The translations under genes and the position numbers were made by a program. From Patescibacteria group bacterium (GTDB lineage Bacteria; Patescibacteriota; Microgenomatia; UBA12405), in assembly GCA_013387215.1 (NCBI GenBank), contig WARW01000002.1, positions 3,659-67,658 of the forward strand: a DNA stretch of 64,000 nucleotides. The letters run 5' to 3'. Shown one piece after another: positions 16,721-25,394 of this stretch. How positions within the stretch are numbered: the stretch's first letter is position 1; every line of letters starts with the position of its first letter. The notes under the pieces are model-generated. The model was not told the origin of the DNA and searched no databases. It saw only the letters and a list, made by a program, of their open reading frames with translations.

Positions 16721-18967
16721 TTATCCTTGAGTTTTTTCTGGTTCTGGCGGTGCCGGCGGAGTGGAATTTTCTGAAGGTGATGGATAAAAATTTTGTTTTC
16801 TTTTGCCCCATCTTTCTTGAGAGATGTGAACCAATTTAGATCGTTGTTGATTTTTGCAAGCCAAAGGAGGCAGAGTGGCAGCATAGAATGGTTGAGTGGT
16901 TTCGGAATCAATAGAGAGTTTGCAGACGATTTGGTATTTACCAATTTTAATTAAATCTTCAGGAGGGAATTGGGGTCCGAATTCTTTAGCTAAAATAAAG
17001 GCATCTTGGTTGCCGACAACGAAAGACATAATGGAACCAACGTTGCCCAAAATAGCGTCTTGAATAGTGCGGTCAAGCTGGGACATGTATTGGTTGGCAA
17101 CAATCAAGTTAAGTTTGAATTTGCGGGCTTCAGAAAGAATTTTAATGAAGGCATCAGTGGCAAAGTTTTGGAATTCGTCAACGTATAAATAAAAATCAGA
17201 ACGGTCTTCGGCTGCCTGGAAAACCCGGTTCATAGCCGATAACTGGATTTGTGTAATCAACATAGCACCAAGCAAAGCAGAATTATCTTCACCAAGCCTT
17301 CCAGTGGAAAGATCAGCAATAAGAATTTTTTTCTGATCCATGATTTCCTGGATATTAATTTTAGATTTAGCATGAGCCACTGTGTTTCTGATATTGGTAG
17401 AGGAAATGAATTGACCAACTTTGTTTAAGATTGGGGAAACAGATTCGTTTTGAAATTTTGGATCCATTCTGGCAAACTCATTAAACCAGAAATTTCTTAA
17501 GGTTTGATTTTGAAGCTGGCTGACAACTTTTTCCCGATAATTTTTGTTGGTTAATATTTCCACGATATGGGTTAAGTCAGAGTTGGGAGTATTAACTAAA
17601 GTTAAAACTGTATTTCGTAAAATGTGTTCAAGCCGTGGACCCCAAGAAATATTGCCGTAAAGTTTTTTGAAAATAGAAATAACACCAGAAGCAATTAATT
17701 CTTTTTGAGATTCATTTTTAGCTTCCAAAACGTTTAAAGGATAAACATAATCAGGATCGGCAGGGTTGAAATAGCAGCAGTCATTAATACGATTGGAAGG
17801 AACATAATCAAGAATAGTATTGCATAAATCGCCGTGGGGATCGATAACAGCCACACCACGGCCTTTTCTAATATCATCAATCGCCATGTTGGCGATTAAA
17901 GTGGTTTTACCAGTACCGGATTTACCGATAATGTATGTGTGGCGGCGGCGATCTTCGCCTTCTTTAATACCAAAAATACAGTCTTTGTTGCGGTATTCAG
18001 TTTTAGCAAAAAAAGTAATTTTATTTTTTTCTTCAGGTGTTAAATTATCAGCAACTGGAAGATTTTCTGGCGGATCGGCATAAAGTTTTTTACCCCAAGC
18101 AATGTTTGGGAGTTTGGTCATTTGACCTGGAAAGTGCCAAACAGCAGAGAGTTCTTCAGTATTAAAGATTTGACCTTTGAGACTGGTATCGAAATTACGA
18201 TTAAGAATAGCTTTGAGAAGTTTTTTTCTTTTTAAAAATCCTGGAGTAAAAGATTTGATAAAATTGCCTCGAGGGTTGGTGTAGGCACCAAAAGAAGAGG
18301 AAACAGAAGCAATTAAACCTGGATTGTTGCTTAAAAGATTGGCTTGAGTGTAAAGACCGGGGAATTGAATTTTTTGTTCAAAAATGGCTTTGTCGGGATG
18401 AGCAGTACGAATATTTCTTTCCTTATCAACCAAAATTCCATTTTGAATAGTGCTGATAATTGAGCTTTGCCAATTTTTGGGAGCACCGCTTAGAAGAATT
18501 TGAAATAAGAAAAAGTCATTGGAATTGTTAGATCGAGAAAGGGGAGCTAGAACAGAAACCATTGGGTCGGTATCTTTAAAATCTTTGGCAGTTTTAATTG
18601 GGTAAGTATATGAACGAGCCAGACCAAGCTGAGTGAAAGAAATAGTGTTAAGTTTCTCGTCTGAGGCATGTTCAAGTAAATAATCTTTAGTGTCTTTGAG
18701 AACGGCAGTAGGGTATTGAGCGAGAATTTGGGAATGTAAAAATTCACGATTATCAGAAAGTGCAGCAATATAGAAATGTATTTGACCATTTAAAAGAACA
18801 ATTTCCAAGGAAACAATGGTCTTTTTTTTGCCAGCTAGTTTTTCCCAGAATGACAAATTGGAAATTTGGGTGAAATTAGACAGGAGGGCGGACATGGATT
18901 CAAAAGTATATTCATTAGTCTGAGGTAAACGGATTTCAAATATAGATAATTTTGCAGCGTCGGCCAT
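16721..18967 (-). CDS. TraD/VirD4-like type IV coupling-type P-loop ATPase (DUF87/TrwB-like)
   Basis: RRRHTYIIGKSGTGKT (Walker A), IDPHGD, LYVDEFQNF (Walker B), SEARKFKL, ANQY. Confidence 0.88.
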   Translation of the reverse strand: MADAAKLSIFEIRLPQTNEYTFESMSALLSNFTQISNLSFWEKLAGKKKTIVSLEIVLLNGQIHFYIAALSDNREFLHSQILAQYPTAVLKDTKDYLLEHASDEKLNTISFTQLGLARSYTYPIKTAKDFKDTDPMVSVLAPLSRSNNSNDFFLFQILLSGAPKNWQSSIISTIQNGILVDKERNIRTAHPDKAIFEQKIQFPGLYTQANLLSNNPGLIASVSSSFGAYTNPRGNFIKSFTPGFLKRKKLLKAILNRNFDTSLKGQIFNTEELSAVWHFPGQMTKLPNIAWGKKLYADPPENLPVADNLTPEEKNKITFFAKTEYRNKDCIFGIKEGEDRRRHTYIIGKSGTGKTTLIANMAIDDIRKGRGVAVIDPHGDLCNTILDYVPSNRINDCCYFNPADPDYVYPLNVLEAKNESQKELIASGVISIFKKLYGNISWGPRLEHILRNTVLTLVNTPNSDLTHIVEILTNKNYREKVVSQLQNQTLRNFWFNEFARMDPKFQNESVSPILNKVGQFISSTNIRNTVAHAKSKINIQEIMDQKKILIADLSTGRLGEDNSALLGAMLITQIQLSAMNRVFQAAEDRSDFYLYVDEFQNFATDAFIKILSEARKFKLNLIVANQYMSQLDRTIQDAILGNVGSIMSFVVGNQDAFILAKEFGPQFPPEDLIKIGKYQIVCKLSIDSETTQPFYAATLPPLACKNQQRSKLVHISQERWGKRKQNFYPSPSENSTPPAPPEPEKTQG

Positions 18968-19162
18968 GAGAGTATTTTAACAATAAATTACACAGAATGA
19001 TTAAGTAAAGATGATGTTCCTAGATAATTGAATAATAAAATTTCGGTGCTATTATTGGGTTAAATAAAATCTAATTACTAAAGATAAAAGCTATTTTAAA
19101 GTGATTTAGATGAACCTTAAAAACTCGCAAAATAATTGAACCGAAGGGAGGTCGTGTTTTTT

Positions 19163-19258
19163 ATGTGTAGAAATTGCAGTGTTTATTCACGGGTAGTTGC
19201 AAGCAAATCTAGTTTGAGGCCGGGAAGACAACGCAGTCCAATAACCAATAAAAAGTAA
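19163..19258 (+). CDS. Putative 31-aa basic microprotein MCRNCSVYSRVVASKSSLRPGRQRSPITNKK
   Basis: Not in ORF track; strong SD GGGAGGT; first ORF of a boxA-led unit. Confidence 0.45.
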   Translation: MCRNCSVYSRVVASKSSLRPGRQRSPITNKK

Positions 19259-19282
19259 TTTAGGTGAAGGAGTGTATTTTGA

Positions 19283-19480
19283 ATGTGTCAAAAGAAATAT
19301 TTTGAGAAGAGACTTTTGATGTTATGTCAAAAAGAAGCAGACGGCATATTGTCTGGAGGAGATGAGGTTGAGCTAGAGAATCTGAAAACTAAGTATCCGG
19401 AAAGGATAGGACACATCTTAGGAAAAGGCAGTCCATTGATTCAGTTTAAAAATGAACTTGTTTTAGTCTCAGAAGAATAA
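19283..19480 (+). CDS. Orphan hypothetical protein (65 aa)
   Basis: SD AAGGAG upstream; terminator downstream. Confidence 0.6.
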   Translation: MCQKKYFEKRLLMLCQKEADGILSGGDEVELENLKTKYPERIGHILGKGSPLIQFKNELVLVSEE

Positions 19481-19506
19481 AGTTCTTTATATATAAATTG
19501 ATTGGT

Positions 19507-19541
19507 GAAAGGGTGGCTTTGAGTCACTCTTTCTTTTTTTT
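19507..19541 (+). terminator. Intrinsic terminator
   Basis: GAAAGGGTGGC...GTCACTCTTTC followed by T8. Confidence 0.7.
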
Positions 19542-19588
19542 GGCGATTATTTTGTGAGTTTTGTTTATTTTCTCAAAGATAGGTACGG

Positions 19589-20314
19589 CTTATAATATTG
19601 ACTTTTGGATATATAAATGCTATAATTTCTTACTTAATTATCAAGCATTAGCTTTAGCGCTTTTTGATTGAAGTTAAGGAACTTTAAAAACCAGGGAATA
19701 TAATTTGTGTCGAAAATTGGGAATAATTTGTTTATCCCTAGCTTTCGGTACAAACCGAAAATAATATAAAAAGGATGAGTGATTATTGTGAAAGAGTTTA
19801 TTAAAAGTATTCCGAGTTATGTTTGGACAGCGTTGGTATCAATCTATTTAGTAGAATTCTACATTTACAGCCCAATGAAATTCTTCAATCTGCTTTTAGC
19901 AGCTGTTGCTTTCAGTGCTGTGGTGGTGGCAATTCTCAATTTAAGAAAGAAAATTATCCCTTTAGTACAATTAGTTTTGGTGGTCATTTTTATCGCTTTA
20001 ATAACGATAAATAATTTTCATCAAACAATTTCTTGTCTTGCCGGGGAAGTTCTTTTAATTTCTTTTTCTATAACTTTTATTGGTATCTATCTCAAATCTA
20101 TTAGTTTTATTAAATCCAATAATTGAGAGTTTCATTAGAAGCTCTCTTTTCCTCTTTTTATTTTATCTTCCCTGGCTCTTTCTTTTTAAATTATATTATT
20201 TATATATCTTATAATATTGACTTTTGGATATATAAATGCTATAATTTCTTACTTAATTATCAAGCATTAGCTTTAGCGCTTTTTGATTGAAGTTAAGGAA
20301 CTTTAAAAACCAGG
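19589..20314 (+). repeat. Identical 107-bp direct repeat (19589-19695 and 20208-20314) containing promoter, hairpin and boxA-like element
   Basis: Both copies read TTGACT-17-TATAAT (extended TG), hairpin, GAACTTTAAAAACCAGG. Confidence 0.92.
19779..20126 (+). CDS. Orphan small membrane protein (~4 TM)
   Basis: Hydrophobic 115-aa ORF with SD AAAGGA, behind the repeated promoter. Confidence 0.7.
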   Translation: MIIVKEFIKSIPSYVWTALVSIYLVEFYIYSPMKFFNLLLAAVAFSAVVVAILNLRKKIIPLVQLVLVVIFIALITINNFHQTISCLAGEVLLISFSITFIGIYLKSISFIKSNN

Positions 20315-20412
20315 AGAGAGAACATTGATTATGTCGATGAGGGGTTTTTTGGACCTTTGATCGACATAATTAATGTCAAAAGATAAAAAAATAAAATATA
20401 CGAAAGGTAAAG

Positions 20413-20823
20413 GTGTTTTGTATGGAAAATTTGAGAACAGCGGTTTTATTTGTAGTGGGAGTGATAATTGTGTTTGGTAGTTGGATACTTAAGAGTTGGA
20501 ATAACAGCGACATTTGGTCGGATACTGCAAAGTATTTACTAATTGAAGTTGTGTTCCTGGCTGTTATTGTATTCGTAGCACTTCTACAAAATATTAAATT
20601 TAATGGTAATTTTCGGAATATGCCTTTAGTAGTGATGCTTTTTGTGGCTTGCCTTTTTAGATTTCACAATGTTTCTATTTTAATAATTATTAATTTGGCA
20701 ATTTATATTGTCGGACTGATGTTGTTAGCTAGAAAATTGAGATTATCGATAAAGAAGATAAGCCTAACATCAACTGCTCAAAGAGTAGTTATACAAAATT
20801 ATCGTAAGAGGGGAAGAGTTTAA
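20413..20823 (+). CDS. Orphan small membrane protein (~4 TM)
   Basis: Hydrophobic 136-aa ORF behind the second repeat copy. Confidence 0.7.
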   Translation: MFCMENLRTAVLFVVGVIIVFGSWILKSWNNSDIWSDTAKYLLIEVVFLAVIVFVALLQNIKFNGNFRNMPLVVMLFVACLFRFHNVSILIIINLAIYIVGLMLLARKLRLSIKKISLTSTAQRVVIQNYRKRGRV

Positions 20824-21034
20824 CTCTTTCTCTCCTTTTTTCTCTTTTCTTTTTTTATTTTATTTCATCTTTTTTCTTCTTTCCTGGTTTTTCTTTTTTT
20901 TAATCCACTTTTTTCTTCTTTGATTTAGTTTTTCATGATATAATCCTTAGATTATTTATTCTTAAAATTTTTGGTATCTATAATCCTGGGTAAATCATAC
21001 CCTTTACCAAAAGTATTAATAAGGAAATTTTAAA

Positions 21035-21952
21035 ATGGCAGAAAAAAAGAAAGTCATAACAAAAACCGTCAACCGTAGCGGCAAATCTATGGTTAAAAAA
21101 GCATTAGTGGTAAAAGCTAAACAACAAAGCAATATCACTGCGGAAAATATTAAAAAGCTTAACGAAAAGATCAAAGCAGACAAAGACGTGGCTGCAAAAG
21201 CTTTGGAAAAAGCAAATGAGACTGTTGAAGTGAAAAAGGGTGAAGAAGTTAAACCAGATAAAAAATATAATTTAACTGTTGGTTTAAAAGATTTATTAGC
21301 AGCCGGTTGCCATTTAGGCCACAAAGTTTCTAAGACTCATCCAAAAGCCAAGGAAAATATTTATACCCAAAAAGATGGAATTGAAGTCATGGATTTAATT
21401 AAAACCATGGATGCTTTGGATAAAGCCTGCAACTTCATTTACAACAATAAAAGAAACGGCAAACAAATCGTTTTAGTTGGAACCAAAAGACAAGCCCGAG
21501 AAGTTGTCCGAAGAGTAGCAATGGATGCTGGCGTTCCATATATCACTGATAGATGGTTAGGCGGCACTATTACCAACTGGGAACAAATTAAAAAGAACAT
21601 CAAGAAACTTGTCGAACTTAAAGAAGGTATCGAAAAAGGTAAATTCATCGAATCAACCAAAAAAGAGTTATCACAAATGAATAAAGAAATCGTCAGATTG
21701 GAAAAAATCGTTGGCGGTTTGACTAGCCTTGAAAAAATGTTTGATATTTTGTTTGTTGTGGATGCTGGTTTTGAAAAAACTGCTATCAAAGAAGCAAAAA
21801 TCCGACATGTAAAAACTATTGCTATCAGCGATACTGACAGCAATCCTTTCAGAGTTAACTTTGCAATTCCTGCAAATGATGACAGTGTTAAAAGCATTAG
21901 CTTGATTGTTGAAGAAATCGGTAAAGCTATAAAAGCTGCTGGCGTGAAATAA
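21035..21952 (+). CDS. rpsB: 30S ribosomal protein S2 with Lys-rich N-terminal extension
   Basis: LLAAGCHLGH, VGTKRQA, RWLGGTITN, DTDSNP, PANDD. Confidence 0.95.
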   Translation: MAEKKKVITKTVNRSGKSMVKKALVVKAKQQSNITAENIKKLNEKIKADKDVAAKALEKANETVEVKKGEEVKPDKKYNLTVGLKDLLAAGCHLGHKVSKTHPKAKENIYTQKDGIEVMDLIKTMDALDKACNFIYNNKRNGKQIVLVGTKRQAREVVRRVAMDAGVPYITDRWLGGTITNWEQIKKNIKKLVELKEGIEKGKFIESTKKELSQMNKEIVRLEKIVGGLTSLEKMFDILFVVDAGFEKTAIKEAKIRHVKTIAISDTDSNPFRVNFAIPANDDSVKSISLIVEEIGKAIKAAGVK

Positions 21953-21974
21953 ATTATTTTTTTTAAAGGAAAAT

Positions 21975-22433
21975 ATGGATCAAAAACAAATAATTGACTT
22001 AGTCAAAAAAATTCGAGCTGAGATGGGTCTTGGCATTATGGAAATTAAATCCGCTTTGGAAGAAGCAGATGGCGATGAAAAAAGAGCCAAAGAAATTTTA
22101 AAAGAAAAAGGTTTTAAAAAAGCTGAATCAAAAGCAGAAAGAGAAACTCATCAAGGCAGAGTGGCTACTTACACTCATTCTACCGGTAAAATCGGTGTAA
22201 TGTTTGAACTTTTGTGTGAAACTGATTTCGTGGCTAAGCATGAAGATTTTATTGCTGTCACTAAGGATATTTGTCTTCAAATTGCAGCTATGAATCCAGA
22301 AACTGTTGAAGATTTAATGAAACAAGAATTTGTTAAAGATCCAAGCAAAACCATTGAGGAAATGATTAAAGCTTTGAGCCACAAGTTTGGTGAAAATGTC
22401 AAAATCGGCAAAATGGCTAGATTTGAAATCTAA
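21975..22433 (+). CDS. tsf: Elongation factor Ts (short form)
   Basis: UBA-like N-terminus, ELLCETDFVA, GENVKI; follows rpsB. Confidence 0.93.
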   Translation: MDQKQIIDLVKKIRAEMGLGIMEIKSALEEADGDEKRAKEILKEKGFKKAESKAERETHQGRVATYTHSTGKIGVMFELLCETDFVAKHEDFIAVTKDICLQIAAMNPETVEDLMKQEFVKDPSKTIEEMIKALSHKFGENVKIGKMARFEI

Positions 22434-22450
22434 AAAGAATTGAATCTTTT

Positions 22451-22482
22451 AAAAGCCCTTCGGATAAAACCGAGGGGCTTTT
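22451..22482 (+). terminator. Terminator after tsf
   Basis: AAAAGCCCTTCGG...CCGAGGGGCTTTT. Confidence 0.7.
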
Positions 22483-22505
22483 TAGTTGCGGTATACTTTA
22501 TTCTA

Positions 22506-23528
22506 ATGGATTTTTCAGCGTTTCAAAAAATTTTAATTAGAAATATTTTGAAAAAATATTTAGAAAACAAAGCCCGAATTAAGGGTGAAGTTTTTCGATG
22601 TAATGCATTGGAAGGAGAGTCGGCTTATGATATTTCTATAAATTCGGACATGACAGTGTCGTGTAATGCCCAAGATTATAATGGCAGCGGCCATATTGGC
22701 GATTTGAATAAAAGCAGTTTGAAGGAAATATTTGAAGGCAAAATAGTAAATGATTTTAGAAAGAAACTAGATGAAGGAAAACTGCCATTGATTATTTGTG
22801 CCAGATGCCCGGAACTTGTATCAGCTAAAAAAAATAAGATAAAAAATAAAAAAAATACGGTGCCAAGTGAAGGCATAATGATAGAAAATACGGTTGCCTG
22901 CGATATGATGTGCAAGTCTTGCGAAAGAGAAACGCTTTTGGGCTGCAGAAAAAAAATCAGCTTGAGTTTGAATGACTTGGAAAAGATTGCTAAAGAGGTT
23001 TTAGAAAATAAAATTAAATCGGTTTGTTTTTTTAATTTAGGGGAACCTTTTTTATCAAAAAATATTTATCAAGAGCTAGAGATTCTAAAAAAACATAATA
23101 AAAAGCTTCATATTATTGTGTCGACTAATGGATTGCATTTAGATACTGATGAAAAAAGAAAGGCAATAAAATATATAAATCATATCGCTTTTTCAATTGA
23201 TGGAGTGAATAATAAAATTCTAAGAAAATACCAAACCAACGGCAATTTTGAAACATCGTATGGAAACATGAAAGCTTTGGTTGATTACCGAAATAAAAAT
23301 AATTTAGGCGGGGTAATTGAATGGAAATATGTTTTATTTAATTGGAATGATAAAAAAGTCTATATCGATCAGGCAATAAAACTAGCTAAGGAAGCAGGGG
23401 TAAATAAGATTACTTTTTGGCCAACAGGGAATCCTTTGTGGGGAATTTCCTGGCGCTATTATGTTAAGAGTTATTTTAAAAAGTTTGGGTTAAAAAACAG
23501 CAAGGGTGTAATTGAAGTGAATTTATAG
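22506..23528 (+). CDS. Radical SAM protein with N-terminal SPASM/twitch-like domain
   Basis: CDMMCKSC (CxxxCxxC), GEPFL, STNG, SIDG; N-terminal C...C..D...GDLN...C.RC. Confidence 0.85.
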   Translation: MDFSAFQKILIRNILKKYLENKARIKGEVFRCNALEGESAYDISINSDMTVSCNAQDYNGSGHIGDLNKSSLKEIFEGKIVNDFRKKLDEGKLPLIICARCPELVSAKKNKIKNKKNTVPSEGIMIENTVACDMMCKSCERETLLGCRKKISLSLNDLEKIAKEVLENKIKSVCFFNLGEPFLSKNIYQELEILKKHNKKLHIIVSTNGLHLDTDEKRKAIKYINHIAFSIDGVNNKILRKYQTNGNFETSYGNMKALVDYRNKNNLGGVIEWKYVLFNWNDKKVYIDQAIKLAKEAGVNKITFWPTGNPLWGISWRYYVKSYFKKFGLKNSKGVIEVNL

Positions 23529-23581
23529 AAAACGTTTGCTAGCATCTGATATAAGCCTAATCTTTGGTATACTAGGGTCAT

Positions 23582-24133
23582 ATGTTGAATTTTCAAGAAA
23601 TAAAAAACAGAATGGAAAAAATCGTTAACATTTTTGTGAACGATATCGCTTCCTTAAGAACCGGCAGAGCAACTCCTGGTTTAATCGAAAATGTAATAGT
23701 GACAGTTTATGGCGGTCAAAAAATGAAATTGATTGAATTAGGTTCGATTACAGTACCAGATGTGAGAACTTTGAATTTCCAACCATGGGACTCTGAAGCA
23801 ATTCGAGAAATATCAAATGGAATTGCAGCCGCAAATGTGGGTATGACACCAGTGGTAGACGGACAAATAATCAGAATGAGTTTGCCAATGTTAACTGCTG
23901 AACAAAGAGAAGATTACATCAAACTTTTAGGCAGAAAATTGGAAGGGGCTAGAGTTATGGTGAGAGATGCCAGAGCAGATTATAGAAATGATATTCAAAA
24001 AGCCAAACAATCAAAAGAAATTTCTGAAGATGAATTTAAGCGGGATGAAGCTGAACTTCAAAAGGTTACCGATCAATATGTCAAAAAATTAGAGGAAGTT
24101 TCCGAGAAAAAAGAAGTAGAGATCAGAGGATAA
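23582..24133 (+). CDS. frr: Ribosome recycling factor
   Basis: LRTGRATP, QPWD, ISEDE, LQKVTD. Confidence 0.96.
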   Translation: MLNFQEIKNRMEKIVNIFVNDIASLRTGRATPGLIENVIVTVYGGQKMKLIELGSITVPDVRTLNFQPWDSEAIREISNGIAAANVGMTPVVDGQIIRMSLPMLTAEQREDYIKLLGRKLEGARVMVRDARADYRNDIQKAKQSKEISEDEFKRDEAELQKVTDQYVKKLEEVSEKKEVEIRG

Positions 24134-24189
24134 ACAAGACAATCGTCTGAAGTGACAATTCGGCTTAATATCAGTTAAAATAAAAGATC

Positions 24190-25245
24190 ATGGCTATTAT
24201 CATCTTTGTTCTTGCGCTGTCAGTTTTAGTTTTGGTCCACGAGTTTGGACATTTTTACGCTGCCAAAAAAACCGGCGTAAAAGTTGAAGAATTTGGTTTA
24301 GGTTTACCGCCAAGAATAATTGGTAAAAAAATTGGAGAAACAGTTTACAGTTTGAATTGGCTGCCAATTGGAGGATTCTGCAAATTATATGGTGAAGACG
24401 GGGATGGAAAAGGAACTGAAGCTTTCAATCATAAAAAACCTTGGCAAAAGCTTTTGATAGTTTTGGGAGGAGTTTTGATGAATTTAGTTTTAGCAGTAGT
24501 GATTTTTAGCGTTGTTTATGGAATTACCGGAGTACCTAAGGAAACCGACAAAGTAAAAGTTATTGGTGTGGCTCCAAATTCACCAGCGGAAAAGGTTGGT
24601 TTAAAAGAAGATGATTGGATTTCAAAAGTGGACAATATTGTGGTCAAAAAGCCAGAAGAATTAACCAATCAAGTGGCAATAGATAAAGGGAAACAAGCAA
24701 ATTTATTGGTAGTTGATAAAAACGGAAATGAAAAAAATGTGACAGTGGATGTCCGGGAAAATCCACCAAGCGGTGAAGGAAGTATGGGTGTGGCTATTTC
24801 CAATACTGATATGGTTAAACTGCCTTGGTATAGATTTTATGAAGGAATTGGGGCTGGGTTTAAAGAAGCCTATTTTTGGGGAAAAATAATTGGCGGCGGT
24901 GTGATCTCGATGATCGGAGGGTTGTTTATGGGTCACGTTCAAAAAGATGTTTCCGGTCCAATTGGAATGTTCCAAGCCACTTCAGCGATTGAAAAAAGCC
25001 AAGGTCTTTTGGCTGTGATTCATTTCTTTGGGGTTGTGTCTGTCAATTTGGCAATCGTAAACATTTTGCCTTTTCCAGCACTGGATGGAGGCAGAATTTG
25101 GTTTGTAGTTTATGAAATGTTAACCAGAAAAAGAGCCAACCAAAAAGTAGAAATAATTGCAAATAATATTGGAATGCTTTTGCTTTTAGGACTAATTTTA
25201 GTAATCACAGTTGGGGATATAATGAGATTGGCGACAGGCAAATAA
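24190..25245 (+). CDS. rseP: RIP metalloprotease RseP
   Basis: HEFGH, PIGGF, PDZ domain, NILPFPALDGG. Confidence 0.93.
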   Translation: MAIIIFVLALSVLVLVHEFGHFYAAKKTGVKVEEFGLGLPPRIIGKKIGETVYSLNWLPIGGFCKLYGEDGDGKGTEAFNHKKPWQKLLIVLGGVLMNLVLAVVIFSVVYGITGVPKETDKVKVIGVAPNSPAEKVGLKEDDWISKVDNIVVKKPEELTNQVAIDKGKQANLLVVDKNGNEKNVTVDVRENPPSGEGSMGVAISNTDMVKLPWYRFYEGIGAGFKEAYFWGKIIGGGVISMIGGLFMGHVQKDVSGPIGMFQATSAIEKSQGLLAVIHFFGVVSVNLAIVNILPFPALDGGRIWFVVYEMLTRKRANQKVEIIANNIGMLLLLGLILVITVGDIMRLATGK

Positions 25246-25394
25246 TTTTAAAAATTTAAATCTCTCTTTATATATAAAATAAAGAGGGATTTTTTTGTGT
25301 ATACAATTTATAAAATTATACATTTGATACATTGACCGCAGTTTCCTAAAATGTTTTACTTTTTTATTAAATATTGGTCGAATATTTGAGGAAA

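Noticed and set aside
19589-20314. Direct repeats as a CRISPR array or IS ends
   Set aside because: Only two 107-bp copies 619 bp apart, each a promoter/leader; no cas or transposase genes.
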